Assembly (NCBI GenBank): GCA_026770705.1
Contig: JANJGN010000026.1
Location: 21,762,001-21,826,000, forward strand
Reading direction: 5' to 3'
Length of the DNA: 64,000 bases
Origin: Isurus oxyrinchus
Lineage: Eukaryota
This document shows positions 49,760-62,215 of this stretch, piece after piece. The stretch's first letter is position 1. Every line of letters starts with the position of its first letter. The translations under genes were made by a program, and so were the position numbers. The notes beneath the pieces were generated by a model that saw only the letters and a program-made list of their open reading frames with translations, did not search any database and had not been told where the DNA came from.

Positions 49760-50060
49760 CTCAGGGCAGGTACAACACGTGTTAGAAACAGAGTAAAGGT
49801 CCCTTTACACTTTCCCATCAAATATTCCCAAGGTAGGTCCAACAAATGTTAGAATTAGATAGTGAGCAAAGCTCCCTCTAAATTGTCCCGTCAAACACAC
49901 CCAGGGCAAGTACAGCCCAGGCTAGCTCCAGATAAAAACTCCCACAATGTGCCACATCAAACAGTGCCACAGAGCAGGTACAGCACAGTTTTAATAAGAG
50001 AGTAAAACTCTTTCTGCACTGTCCCATCAAACTCTCCCAGCCAATATTGAGCAGGGTTCA
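49760..50060. repeat. Degenerate ~65-bp satellite, 4-5 copies
   Basis: Unit like CCCAGGGCAGGTACAGCAC..GTTAGA.ACAGAGTAAAGCTCCCTCTACACTGTCCCATCAAAC. Confidence 0.8.
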
Positions 50061-50144
50061 GGGAGGTGAGATCCCAGGCACTGCACTGATGTCATAAAGC
50101 ATCACCATTCTATCCATCTGGTCCTCTCCTTGTCCCTTTAAAGG

Positions 50145-50472
50145 TGGAGAACTGGGACATCCTGTCTCCAAACACATCCCACCCTGTTCATACTGAGAAT
50201 CCCAGGCTGGAGAACTGGGACATATGTCTCCAAACACATCCCACCCTGTTCATACTGAGAATCCCAGTGTGGAAAACTGGGACATCCTGTCTCCAAACAC
50301 ATCCCACCCTGTTCATACTGAGAATCCCAGTGTGGAAAACTGGGACATTCTGTCTCCAAACACATCCCACCCTGTTCATACTGAGAATCCCAGTGTGGAA
50401 AATTGGGACATCCTGTCTCCAAACACATCCCATCCTGTTCATACCGAGAATCCCAGGGTGGAGAACTGGAAT
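50145..50472. repeat. 63-bp minisatellite, ~5 near-identical copies
   Basis: Unit TGGAAAACTGGGACATCCTGTCTCCAAACACATCCCACCCTGTTCATACTGAGAATCCCAGTG; explains the 21-aa repeat ORFs. Confidence 0.95.
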
Positions 50473-50649
50473 GTGCTGGTATGTGTCCAGGACAAATTAC
50501 TATTTGCAAGGTGAAGGTACATCAGCAGCAGGAGTTAGTGAAGAAGTTGATGGTAATAACCAGGCAGACTAACTCACCAGGGAAGCTGATCCAGTGGGGA
50601 TTCCATGGGATCCACCCAAAATACAATCATTGGCACTGTAACCTGACTG

Positions 50650-50930
50650 AAGAGTTTAAGATTATGAAGGGGTTCAATAATCCAAATAGGGATTTCATGA
50701 GAAACTCCTTTACCCAGCAAGTGGTGAGAATGTGGAATTTGCTACCACAGCGAGTGGTTGAGGCGAATAGCGTGAATACATTTAAGCACAAGCTAGATAC
50801 ATAAATGAGGGAGAAAGGAATAAAAGGATATGCTGATGGGGGAAGTGAAGAGAGGTGGGAGGATGCTCATGTGCAGCATAAATACTGACAGACCAGTTGA
50901 ACTGACTGGCCTGGCCCTGTGCTGTAGAGA
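50650..50930 (+). mobile_element. CR1 3' fragment
   Basis: FKIMKGF..RNSFTQQVVRMWNLLP..FKHKLD. Confidence 0.75.
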
Positions 50931-50974
50931 CAATGGAACAGGAACAAACATATTTATTTTATATCTCCCTGTAG

Positions 50975-51550
50975 TGGTAGATACAGAGTCACCAAAGAAA
51001 TTTGGGCCAGACTTAGCAAGGGTCATGGCATTGTGAGCTCACTTAACAGAGTATGAAGCAGCCACAGCATCTTGATTACAACAAACATGTGACTTGTGAA
51101 AGCCCTTGTGTGGCCGGTGACTATGTACGAGTGTGAAAGCTGGACTATCAAGAAGAATGAGGAGGCTCGAATGAGAGCATTTGAAATGAAAGGCCTCAGA
51201 TGGATATTCTGTGTGTCATGGACGGTGAGGAGGACAGACAAGTGGGTGCTCGAGAAAGCTGGTGTTAAGAGGAACTTGTTTGAGGCAGTGATATCAGGGA
51301 AGCTCACAGAGTTTGGACACGTGATGTGAACAGGAGGCGAGTGTTTGCAAAAAGAGGTAATGCAAAAACAAACACCTGGAAAATGTGCACAAGGAAGACC
51401 CAAGATGGAATAGATGGATAATATCAGAAGGCGGACTGACCTCTCAATGGGACAGGCAGAGAGAGCAGCAGAGAATAGAAATCAGTGGAGAAAGATTATT
51501 CATAGTGCGGCAACCCTCGAAACAAGGACAGGTAAAAAACAAGATAAGAC
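50975..51550 (+). mobile_element. RTE-clade LINE 3' end
   Basis: KALVWPVTMYECESWT..AFEMK.LR.I..VSWT, FGHV, GRP.MEx.DNI. Confidence 0.85.
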
Positions 51551-51771
51551 ACCTGTAGGATAGGAAAAACACTATTTACTATCCAGGATAAAATAAATGT
51601 ACTTCATCTGCCTTTGTTGATCATTTCACTGGAAACGTACACTCCCAGGCTCAAAAAGCATCAGTCCACTGGAAGGAAAGTCATGAAACTGGCCAGCCCA
51701 GCAGAAAGAAACCCTCCGACCCTCCCACTTCACCAACTGTCAGAAGGAACATGGTTCAGTCCTGGATGTGA

Positions 51772-52470
51772 TTAACAGCAGAATCCAACCCCTGTAATCA
51801 CATGTGAACTCTGGTGTCTCAGCCAGTGGAATGAATCACTGAATCCCTTCCCACACTTAGAGCAGGCGAATGGTTTCTGCCCAGAGTGAACTCGCCAGTG
51901 TTTCAGCAAATTGGAAGACTGAGTGAATCCCTTCCCACACTCAGAGCAGGTGAACAGCTTCTGCCCAGAGTGAACTTGCCGGTGTTTCAGCAGATTTGAA
52001 GACTGAGTGAATCCCTTCCCACACGTGGAGCAGATGAATGGTTTCTCTCTGCTGTGAACTTGCTGGTGTGTTAGCAGTGTGGATGTATCCTTAAATCCCT
52101 TCCCACAGTCAGAGCAGGTCAACTGCCTCTCCCCAGTGTGAACTCGTTGGTGTGTTAGCAGTGTGGATGAATCCTTAAATCCCTTCCCACAGTCAGAGCA
52201 GGTCAACAGCCTCTCCCCAGTGTGAACTCGCTGGTGTCTCAGGAGAAGGGATGAATTAGTGAATCCTTTCCCACATTGAGAACAGATGAATGGCCTCTCT
52301 CTGCTGTGAACTCACTGGTGTGTCAGCAGTGTGGATGACTGAGCGATTCCCTTCTCACACTTCGAGCAGATGAACAGTCTCTCCCCGGTGTGACTGCGTC
52401 GAAGAGTTTCCAGCTCAGACGAGGTTCTGAATCCCTTCCCAGAGTCTCCACATTTCCACGGTTTCTCCAT
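51772..52470 (-). pseudogene. ZNF locus 10: 8-finger gene with nonsense mutation
   Basis: ACCATGG start at 52470; TGA (from CGA) at 52312-52314 with the frame continuing to 51772; first finger lost Cys and His; last finger frameshifted. Confidence 0.85.
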
Positions 52471-53029
52471 GGTGCCAGTGTCCTTGTGTCTCTCCCGATT
52501 GGATAAATAGTTGAAGCTTCGTCCACACACACAACACGTGTACAGCGTCTTCCCACTGTGAATGGTGTGATGTTTTTCAGGCAGTGTAACTGGTTAGAGC
52601 TCTTTTCATAGTCAGCGCATTAGAACACTCTCACTTGGGTGTGAGACTTGGTGCTGTTCTGGTCAAACTGATGTTAAAATGGTCAATGGTACTCACATCC
52701 CAACGAATAAAGTGATGTTAGATCATGATGTGACATTTGTTTTGCGATTTCAGTCTCCAAATCTCCCCTTCTAATATCCTGTAAAACGAATTTACAGAAA
52801 GTCATCATTGTCAGTACGGGATGTAAATTCAGAACAGACAATTCCAGTTTTTATGGATCATTCTTTCCTCTCTCGTTCCCCAAAAGCTGTAAATCTCTGC
52901 CCCACACCCTCTCCCTCCATTCTCACTCTGCTGTACCTAAGATACACCCTCTCAATTCTCCAGAAGGTGCTGCTTCATGCTGATCGACAGATCAATACAC
53001 ACCGCTTTCTGTCCTCAGCACAGAGATCA

Positions 53030-53585
53030 TAACATCATAAGAAATACGAACAGGAGTAGGCCATTTGGCCCATCAAGCCTGCTCTTCCATTCAATAGGAT
53101 CATGGTTGATCTGATTGTGATCTTAACTCCAATTTCCTGCCTGTCACCCATGACCCTTGACTCTTGTCAATCAAAAGTCTGTATAACTCAGCCTTGAATA
53201 TATTCAATGACTTGGCCTCCATTACTCTCTGGGGAAGAGAATTCCACAGAATAATGGCCCTCTGATAGAAGAAATTTCTCCTCAATTCCATGTTAAATGA
53301 GAGACCCCTTATTTTGAGGATCTGCTCCCCTAGTTCTAGAATCCCCCATGAGGGGAAACACCCTCTCTTCATCGACCCTGTCAACCCCCCTCAGAATCTT
53401 ATAGGTTTCAGTAAGATCACCTCTCATTCTTCTAAACTCCCATGAGTACAGGCCCAACCTTTCCTCATAAGACAACATCTTCATCCCAGTAATCAGCCTG
53501 GTGATCCTACTCTGAACTGCTCCCAAGTTATTCTTGGGAATAGCTCCCCTTAATTAAGGACACCAAAACTGTACACAGTACTCCA
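53030..53585 (-). mobile_element. CR1 3' end in intron of locus 10
   Basis: SYEERLGLYSWEFRRMRGDL.ETYKIL; tail. Confidence 0.88.
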
Positions 53586-53589
53586 TGTA

Positions 53590-56372
53590 TTGTGATCTGA
53601 AAGCTATTACAGAGACATAGCTTCAAGGTGGCAAAGGCTGGGACCTGAATATTCAAGGGCACATGGTGTTTCAGAAGGACAGGAAGCTAGGAAAAGGTGG
53701 ATGGGTAGATCTGTCAGTTAAGGATGACATTAGTACAACAGAGACAGATGACCTTAGTTCTGGAGATCAAGATGTAGAATCAGATTGGGTAGTGATAAGA
53801 AATAGTAAAGGTAGTGATAATAAATAGTAAAGGTAGGAAGTCACTTGTGGGAATAGTTTATAAGCCCCCTAACAGTAACCACACTGTAGGACAGGGTGTG
53901 TAGAAGGAATAATGGTAGGTATTAATCCAGGTATTTTTATATTTATTTTTGTTTTGGATTTCCAGCATCCGCAGATTTTTGCTTTTAAGAAATAATAGGG
54001 GCTTGTGAGAAAGATACGGCAACAATCTTGGGTGATTTTAACCTACATGTAGATTGCATGAATCCGAACGGCAAAGTTAACCTGGAAGATGAGTTCGTTG
54101 GGTGTTTTCGGAACAATTTCTTAGAGCAGCATGTGCTACAGACAATCAGAAAGCATCTGGTAATGTGTAATGGGAAGGGATTAATTAATGGCCTCATAGT
54201 AAAGGTGCCCCAAGGTAGCAGTGATCATAATATGATTGAATTTTGTATTCAGTTCGAGGGAGAGAAGGGTCTAAGACTAGTGTTTTGAACTTAAATAAGG
54301 AAAATTATGAGGGTATGAAGACACAGCTGGCCAAAGCGAACTGGGAAATTAGACTAAGTGTTAAGTCAGTAGAGATGCAGTGGCAGAAATTTAAGGAGAT
54401 ATTTCATAATACTCAGAAAGATTCCATTGAGAAAAAAGACTCTAGGGGAAATATGTACCATACGTAGCTAACTAAGGCAGTTTAAGATAGTATCAAATTG
54501 AAAGAAAAAGTGTACAATTATGTGAAGATTAGTGGCAGGTTAGAAGATTGGACAGAATATAGAAAAAGCAAAGAACGGCTAAAAAATGAGGAAGAATTTA
54601 GAGTACAAGAGAAAGCTAGATGGAAATATGAAAGCAAATTGTAAGAGTTTCTATGGGTATTCAAAAAGGAAAAGAGTAAGTAAAGTGAACATTGGTCCTC
54701 TACAGGACGAGTCTGGGAATTAATAATGGAAAATAAGGCAATAGAAGATGAATTGAACACATATCTTGCATCTTCACTGTGCAGGTGAAAGGAAGGGAGG
54801 GACTTAAAACAATTACAATCACCAGGGAGAAAGCACTGAGAAAATTATTAGAACTGAAAGTTGAAAGATCCCTGGGTCCTGATTGTCTTCAACTTCGGGT
54901 CCTAAAAGAAGTAGTTGCTCAGACAGTAGATGCATTTGTTTTAATTTTCCAAAATTCCCTAAATTCTGGAATGATCCCAACAGATTGGAAAATTCCTAAG
55001 GTAACACCTTCATTCAACACAGAGGGACAGAAAGCAGGAAATTACAGCCCAACAAGCTTAACATGTGTCACTGGGGAAATGCTGGAATCTATCATTAAGG
55101 TTATAGTGGGACACTTGGAAAATCTCAGTGCAATCAGCTAGAATCAACAGGGTTTTGTGAAAGGGAAATTGGCTTGAGGAAGTAACAAGCAATGTGGATA
55201 AAGGAGAATCTGTGGATGTGATGTACTAGATTTCCAGGATTGACAAGTGCCACATCAAAGGTTACTATACAAAATAAGCTCATGGTGTTCGGGATAACAT
55301 ATTAGCATGGATAGGGGATCGATTAGCTAACAGGAAACAGAGAGTTGGCATAAACAGATCATTTTCAGGTTGGCAAAATGTAACGAGTGAAGTGCCACAG
55401 GGATCAGTGCTGGGCTTCAACTATCTACAACCTATATTAATGGCTTGGATGATGGGGCTGAATGTATGATTGCTAAATCTGCTGATGACATAAAGATAGA
55501 TAGAGGCACAAGTTGCCAAAAATCATAAGGAGTCTGTAAAGTGATATAGACAGGTTAAATGAGTGGGCAAAAATTTGGTAGATGGAGTATAATGTAGGAA
55601 AATGTGAACCTGTGCACGTTGGCAGGAAGAATAGAAAAGCAGCATTTTATATAAACGGAGAGAGACTGCAGAACTCTGAGATGCAGAGGGATCCGGGTGT
55701 CCACTATCTGAATATCAAAATGTTAGTGTGTAGGCACAGCAAGTGATTAGGAAGGCAAATTGAATGTTTTGGTTTGTTGCAAGGGCAATGGAATATAAAA
55801 GTTGGGATGTTTTGCCACAGTTGGACAGGTTGTTAGTAAGACCACATCTAGAGCACTGTGTACAGTTTTGGTCTCCATATTCAAGAAAGGGGTATAAATG
55901 CGTTAGAAGCAGTTCAGAGAAGGTTCACTTGAATGATCCCTGGGATTGGGGTTATTTTACGAGGCAAGGTTGGACAGGCTGGTCCAGTATACATTGGAGA
56001 TTAGAAGAATGAGAGGTGATCTTATTAAAACATATAAGGTCCTGAGGGGCCTTGACAGGATGGATGCTGAAATGATGTTTCCCCTTGTGGGGGAGACTAG
56101 AAATAGGGGACATAGTTTAAAACTATTTAAGGCAGAGATGAGATTTTTTTTCTCTCAAAGGGTCGTGAATCTTTGGAATTTGTTTCCCCAGAGAGCGGTG
56201 GAGAATGGGTCTAATCAATATTTTTAAGGCAAAAGTTATATAAACTCTTGACTAACAAGGGGGTGTAAAATTTCAGGGGAAAGCAGAATGTGAACTGGAG
56301 GTTACAGTCAGATCAGCCATGATCTTATTGAATGGTGGAGCAGGGCCGAATGGCCTATTCCTGCTCCTAATT
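53590..56372 (+). mobile_element. CR1 LINE ORF2 (endonuclease to 3' UTR), decayed
   Basis: AITET, GDFN, SDHN endonuclease motifs; VPQGSVLG, ADD, RPHLEHCVQFWSP; tail GGGCCGAATGGCCTATTCCTGCTCC. Confidence 0.92.
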
Positions 56373-56374
56373 CC

Positions 56375-56772
56375 CGCTCACCGAACAATCCCTCTTCCCT
56401 CACCAAGGTGGCCGCCCATGTGCCTCGATCCCTGAACAAGCCCCGCCTTCCTCTCTCAAGATGGCGGCCTGTTGCCTGGATAACACGGCCCGTCACCGGG
56501 GAGGAAGCTCCACCTCCCTGATCCGCCCTGACTCGCAATATGGCGGCCAGTAAGCCCGCTACGCGGCCTTGTTATCGCGGGGCCAATGGCCTGTTATTCA
56601 GGGCCTGGGGCCTACCCCAGAAGTTGATCCAGTTCCCAGTCCAGCCGCGGTTTCCATTCGTACCCTGTGCTCACAATCTCCTCCCGCCTCCCGAACCGTC
56701 CGCTCCTCCTGACTTTGTCACCATGACTGACACTGAGCATGCTCAGAGCGCGCGCGCGCGCGCGCACGCACG

Positions 56773-56813
<41 letters not shown>

Positions 56814-56900
56814 ACACTGCACCTGCGCACTGGACTCCTATAGTCATTGATAGGGGACTTTCTGAAGCGTGGGATGTTGTGGGTAAACAAACCACCATTG
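56375..56900 (-). promoter_or_regulatory. CpG-island promoter and exon 1 of locus 10
   Basis: YY1-like AAGATGGCGGC at ~56458; minus-strand donor CG|GTGAGC at ~56381; CpG-rich. Confidence 0.68.
56747..56815. repeat. (GC)n-(GCAC)n-(CA)n alternating purine-pyrimidine tract
   Basis: Seen directly. Confidence 0.95.
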
Positions 56901-57129
56901 ACAGCTTGAACAGCGGACTGAAAATTAATGTCTCGGTATCCCAAGCGAGATCGGGGCCAAAGGCATAATACAACATAAGCGCCTATAATATGTAGAAAAT
57001 CGAAAGCCTGGGCCTTCCATACCTGATACCAAGTCTGTTCAATGCACCTCGCCTCCCTCACCAATATCAGATTGGAAAAGAGTCAAAAAAGGTGATCAAC
57101 AAGGACCAGTTCTCGTAGCACTGCTAATT

Positions 57130-57990
57130 GGACCTGAGAACAAGTAATTCAATGTCAAAATTTGCAGCTGATACCAAATTAGGGGCGTATATCTAAAACT
57201 GAGGAAAAATGTAACATACACATTACAAAAGTTCCAGCCTGGGCAGTGAAGTGGCAAGTGAACATTAACATAGATAAGTTGTGACGATGCACTTTGATAT
57301 GAAAAATACAAACATCACCTGCATCTGAGAAAATAAGAAAGTTACTGGTGCAGAAGAGCAAAGCAATCTCTGGATAGAAGTGAACAATTCATTAAAACCA
57401 TCACTGCAAGTCAGCACATCAATTAAAAATGCTTACAAAGGAGTGGCATTTATTTCTAGAGGTACAGAATTCAGAAATAGTGAAATTATGTTCAATTTGT
57501 GATCCTGTGCACAGCTCTGGTTTCTGTTCTACTGAAAGGACAAAGAAGCACAAGTGAAAGTGCAAAATGATTTGCAAGGACAAATCTCATAACTGAGATT
57601 TTGCAGTTTTTTGAAAGATTGAACAGGTTTGGGCTTTTATCTTTCAAAAAGAGAAGACTTTGAGGTGGTAGAGGTCTTTTAAATTATTAACTTGTAGGAG
57701 AATAAAATACTAGGTCCATATGTACAAGATGGTAACTAATAAATCCAACAGGCAAATAAGGAGAAACATCTTTACTCAGAGAATGGTTAGAATGTGAAAT
57801 TCACTACCACAGGAGGTCGTTGAGGTGAAATAGCTTAGATGTTTTTAAAAGGAAAGGAGATGGTTACATGAGAGAAGAGAATAGAAAGATAAGCTGAAAG
57901 ACTAAGATGAGGAAGATGGAATGGAAGGAGATTCATGTTGAAGATAATCACCCAGGCTAGTTGAAACAAATGGTCTGTTCCTGGACCCAA
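57130..57990 (+). mobile_element. Old CR1 RT/3' fragment
   Basis: KFAADTKLG, RRNIFTQRMVRM motifs. Confidence 0.7.
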
Positions 57991-58289
57991 TATTCCCTGT
58001 CCTCACCACCCAGCTTCTGATCAGCATGTTGCACATCCACCACTTGGACTGCACATGCTCAGAGTACAATCCGGTGCTTCTGTAGTCATTGATGAGGCAC
58101 ATTCTCTCACATGGAAAACTATGGGTTGTAACAGTGTCATTGAAAACCCAACTGGTGAACAGTAATTTTCACCAACAGATTGAGATGGGACCAATGGCTT
58201 GTAATCCAATGAGGCAGAATTGGATCATTTCTCTGGTCTGTACAGTGTGGCCCAGGAGGTGGATTAATAGTCAGGCCCATGAAACCTCC

Positions 58290-58870
58290 CTCCACCATAA
58301 ACTTTGTTACCCTCATTACCAGCTCTATCCCCCTCCCTGAACCAGGCCAATTGCAACCTTAGTTTCCTATTTGACCCTGAGGTGAGGGCTGAGCTACGGA
58401 CGATATATCCACTCCAACACTAAGATCACCTCCGTCCACCCCTGTAATATCAGTTGTTTCCATCCTGCCTCAGCACATTTGCTGCTGAAATCCTCATCCA
58501 TGACTTTGTTACATCCAGAATCGACAATCCCAATCTTCTCCTGATTGGTCCCCTATCTTCCACCCTGTATAAACTTACCCTCCTTCAATACTCTTCTGTG
58601 TGGTCAGCAGTTTAGTAGGAATAGGATCAATCAAGCAGAAGGTGGATCCCATGGACAAGAGGAGCTCTTGAGGGGATAAGGGGAGACAGGAAAGAAACTA
58701 AAGAAAGATGTGAGTTTAGGGCTACAGCTGGGCCGATCTTGAGGCGCAGTTTTTCCTGGTGGGCTAGTGAGAGGGAGGGAAGAGGAAGTGGCAGCTGATC
58801 AGATTGTCTCAATCTTAGAGACAAAGAAGCACCATGAGCTCCTCACACTTGTTGGTGAGGAGGAAGAGAC
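58290..58870. mobile_element. L2 fragments (+ at 58290-58590, - at 58620-58870)
   Basis: FVTSRID motif; the minus fragment matches the L2 piece downstream of other lineage-A genes. Confidence 0.65.
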
Positions 58871-59094
58871 AGGGAAGAGGGAGAGAGGCACTAATTTGTG
58901 AGAGAGATCAAAATGACTCATCATACTGTCTGTTAAAGCTGATTTATTTGACTTTTATCCAGAGTATTAACACATATAACAGGGATAGAGTTTATTATCA
59001 TCAGCAGAAACAGATTCCAAAGCTATTTTTGTTTTGATACAAGTGATGGAGAATTACCGGGAAGGTCAATACAACATGGAGATTGTTTTAAATA

Positions 59095-59215
59095 AAAGCA
59101 AAATACTATGATTGCTGGGAAACTGAAATAAAACCAGAAAATGGTGAAAAACTCAGCAGGTCTAGCAGCATCAGTGGAAATAGAAAAACCAAGTTAACAT
59201 TTTGCGTCCATACAG
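59095..59215 (-). repeat. Penelope-terminal repeat, degenerate
   Basis: AAAACTCAGCAGGTCTAGCAGCATC, the reverse complement of the shared tail. Confidence 0.7.
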
Positions 59216-59249
59216 ATTTCCTTCCCTGAAGGACATTAGTGAACCAAAG

Positions 59250-59765
59250 ACCCAATCTATGGACTGTCGGTTTGAGCCTAAGGAAGACAATCAGAGTGAA
59301 GGTGTAAAGATGATGGGTGAATACTTGGACAACATGAGTAGCTTCAAATACCTGGGGTAACTTGGACAATATCAAGAAGAGAGGACAACGACTGGATACT
59401 AAAGAAATACAGATGCTGAGATGGATGTGTGGAGTGACAAGAAAGGACAGGATTAGAAACTAGTACATCAGGGGGTCCGTGAAGATTGTGGAAACATCAA
59501 AGAATGTAGCTGAGAAAAGATTGAAATGGTCTGGTCATTTGTCGTGGAGAGAGACAGGAAATGTGGTGAGGTGAGTGATGGACATGGGACTGTCAGGAAG
59601 AAGGAGAAGATGAAGGTCTAAGACCAGATGGAAAGATATGGTGGCCAGAGACAGAAATGCAGTGGGATTGGAAGAGGAATGTGTGAGTGTCAGGAGGAGA
59701 TAGAGAAGGTGATCAAGCAGCTTTGTGGTGACCCCAAGTAAAATGGGAGGAAGAGGAAGAAGAAA
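59250..59765 (+). mobile_element. RTE-clade LINE 3' end in 3' UTR of locus 11
   Basis: FKYLG, MLRWMCGVTRKDRIRN, RLKWSGH; GAA-repeat tail. Confidence 0.8.
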
Positions 59766-59811
59766 AAACATATCCCTGGATGTGGTTAACAGCAAAATCA
59801 AATCACAGTAG

Positions 59812-60928
59812 TTACTCATGAACTCGCTGATGTCTCAGCAGGTTGGACAAGTCAGTGAATCCCTTCCCACACTCAGAGCAGGTGAATGGCCTCCCCCCAG
59901 TGTGAATCCACTGGTGCCTCAGCAGGTTGGCTGACTGAGTGAATCCCTTCCCACACTCAGAGCAGGTGAACGGCCTCTCTCCAGTGTGCGTGCCCTGGTG
60001 CTTCAGAAGGGTGGATTAATCAGAGAATCCCTTCCCGCACTCAGAGCAGGTGAATGGTCTCTTCCCAGTGTGAATTCGTTGGTGTACAATAAGGTCAGCT
60101 GATCGCCTGAACCCAGTCCCACAGTGAGAGCATTTGAACGGTCTCTCCTCAGTGTGAACATGTTGGTGGGAGATCAATTCCCCGGAACTTTTATAGCACT
60201 TCCCACAATCTGGGCATTTAAAAGGTCTTTCATCAGTGTGAACTCTGGTGTATAAGCAAGTCAGATGACCGAGTGAATCCCTTCTCACTCTCTGAGCAGG
60301 TGAATGGTCTCTCCCCAGTGTGAGTGAGCTTGTGTAAATGCAGGCTGCCGGATGGAGTGAATCCTTTCCCGCACTCGGAGCAGGTGAATGGCCTTTCCCC
60401 AGTATGAACCTGCCGGTGAGCCAACAGGTTGGATAATTGAATGAATCCCTTCCCACACAGAACAGGTCAATGGTCTCTCCCCAGTGTGAACTCGCTGGTG
60501 TGTCATCAGGTGGGATGACCGAGTGAATCCCTTCCCACACACAGAACAGGCGAATGGTCTCTCCCCAGTTTGATCATGCTGGTGTGTCAACAGATAGGAT
60601 GACTGAGTGAATCCCTTCCCACACTCGGAGCAGGTGAATGGCCTCTCCCCAGTGTGAACTCGCCGGTGTGTCAGCAGGGTGGCTGACCGAGTGAATTCCT
60701 TCCCACACCAGAGCAGGTAAATGGTCTCTCCCCAGTGTGAATTCGCTGGTGAATCTGCAGGGCAGATGAATGAGTGAATCCCTTCCCACAGACCTCACAT
60801 TTCCATGGTTTCTCCCTCATGTGATTGTGCTTGTGTCTCGACAGGCCAGATGATCGGCTGAAGCTCCGTCCACACACAGAACACATGTACGGTTTCTCTC
60901 CATTGTGGATGGTGCTTTTCCCTTCCAT
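59812..60928 (-). pseudogene. ZNF locus 11: ~13-finger gene with several frameshifts
   Basis: [14 protein letters not shown] start; fingers spread over 4 ORF-track frames through small deletions. Confidence 0.87.
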
Positions 60929-61254
60929 GTTCAAAATGTGATAATATTCATGTGAACATAAATTGGGCAACTCCATCAGATTCTGATGTGATGTTTGGTT
61001 TCAGTTTCCCTCCCCTTCTAATACCCTGTGAAATTTAAAACAGAAAAAAAAGAGTGACAGAGAACCCACAAAAACACAAAGACAAACTGTGAAATTGTGC
61101 TGAATGAATTTATGGGACTTGCAATCGGAAAAAAGACCATGAAAGCTGAAGGGCTGTCATAAAAACCCAACTGCTTCATTAATGTCCTTCAGGGAAGGGA
61201 AACTGTCACCCAGTCTGGACCTAACCGGGAATTTGGACACAATTGAAGGAAAAA

Positions 61255-61428
61255 GAGAGAGAGCGAGAGAGAGAGAGAGAGTGCAAGAAAGAGAGTGTGA
61301 GCAAAAGAGAGAGCACAAACGAGTGTGAGAGCACAAGCGCGAGAGGGAGAAAGAGATATAGAAAGAGAGGTAGCGAGAGGGAGAAAGAGAAAGAGAGACA
61401 GAGCGAGAGGCAGCGAATGAAAGAGAGT
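61255..61428. repeat. GA-rich microsatellite/low complexity
   Basis: Seen directly; shorter equivalents in other lineage-A introns (~19840, ~30100, ~35800). Confidence 0.9.
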
Positions 61429-61569
61429 CCTTTTATAAATCTACAGTTTGGCCAAAAGGTGACAGAACCTCCCAAACCGTCAAGCTTAACCACCTGGAAG
61501 GACCAGGGTAGAAGGTGTATGTGAACACCATCGCCTGCAAGTTCCCCTTCAATTCAGACACCATCCTGA

Positions 61570-62200
61570 CTTGTCTAACATCCACTCCTGGGTGAACAGA
61601 AATTTCCTTCAACTAAATACTGGGAACATGATTGCCATTGTCTTCAGTCCCTGCTGCAAACTCCACTCCATAACCACTGACTCCATCCCTCTCCCCAGAA
61701 ACTGTCTGAAGTTGAACCAGACTGTTCACAAGATTGCTGTCATCTTTTACCCCGAACTGAGCTTCTGACAACCGATCAGCATCATCACCAAGATCGCCTA
61801 TTTCCACCTCAGTAACATTGCTCGGCTCTTTCCTAGTCTCAGCTCATCTGCTTCTGAAACTCTCCTCTATTCCTTTGTTACCTCTAGACTTCCCATCCAT
61901 ATCTCTGTAATCTCCTCCAGTCACATAACCCTTTGAGATAACTGCACTCATCTAATTGCAGCATCATGAACATTCCACATTTTAATCATATCAGCAATGG
62001 TGGCCATTGTTTCAGTTGCCTAGGCCCAAGCTCTGGAATTTCCTTCTTAAACTTCTCCAATTCTTTACCTCATTGACTAAGCTTTTGGTCGCCTGCTCTA
62101 ATATCACCTTATGTGACTCGGTGTCTAATGTTGCTTTGTAACATTTCAGTGAATGGCTCGGAAAGTTTTATTGTGTTAAAGACACAATATAAATCATTGT
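61570..62200 (+). mobile_element. L2 3' part in intron of locus 11
   Basis: NFLQLN, ITKIAYFHL, FVTSRL; paralogous to 20030-20850. Confidence 0.78.
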
Positions 62201-62215
62201 CATTGATGATGATCC

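Noticed and set aside
50145-50472. CRISPR-like array (also 34960-35145)
   Set aside because: Head-to-tail repeats with no unique spacers; eukaryotic context with no cas genes
52312-52314. In-frame TGA as selenocysteine or programmed readthrough
   Set aside because: It sits at an Arg (CGA) position, so CpG decay explains it; no convincing SECIS in the 3' UTR; other lesions are present
53030-56372. Twin-primed single CR1 insertion
   Set aside because: Both pieces contain a 3' end and are diverged from each other, and no TSD is seen; better read as two insertions
61221-61524. Charged ER-repeat and LS-repeat ORFs
   Set aside because: Translation of a GA microsatellite
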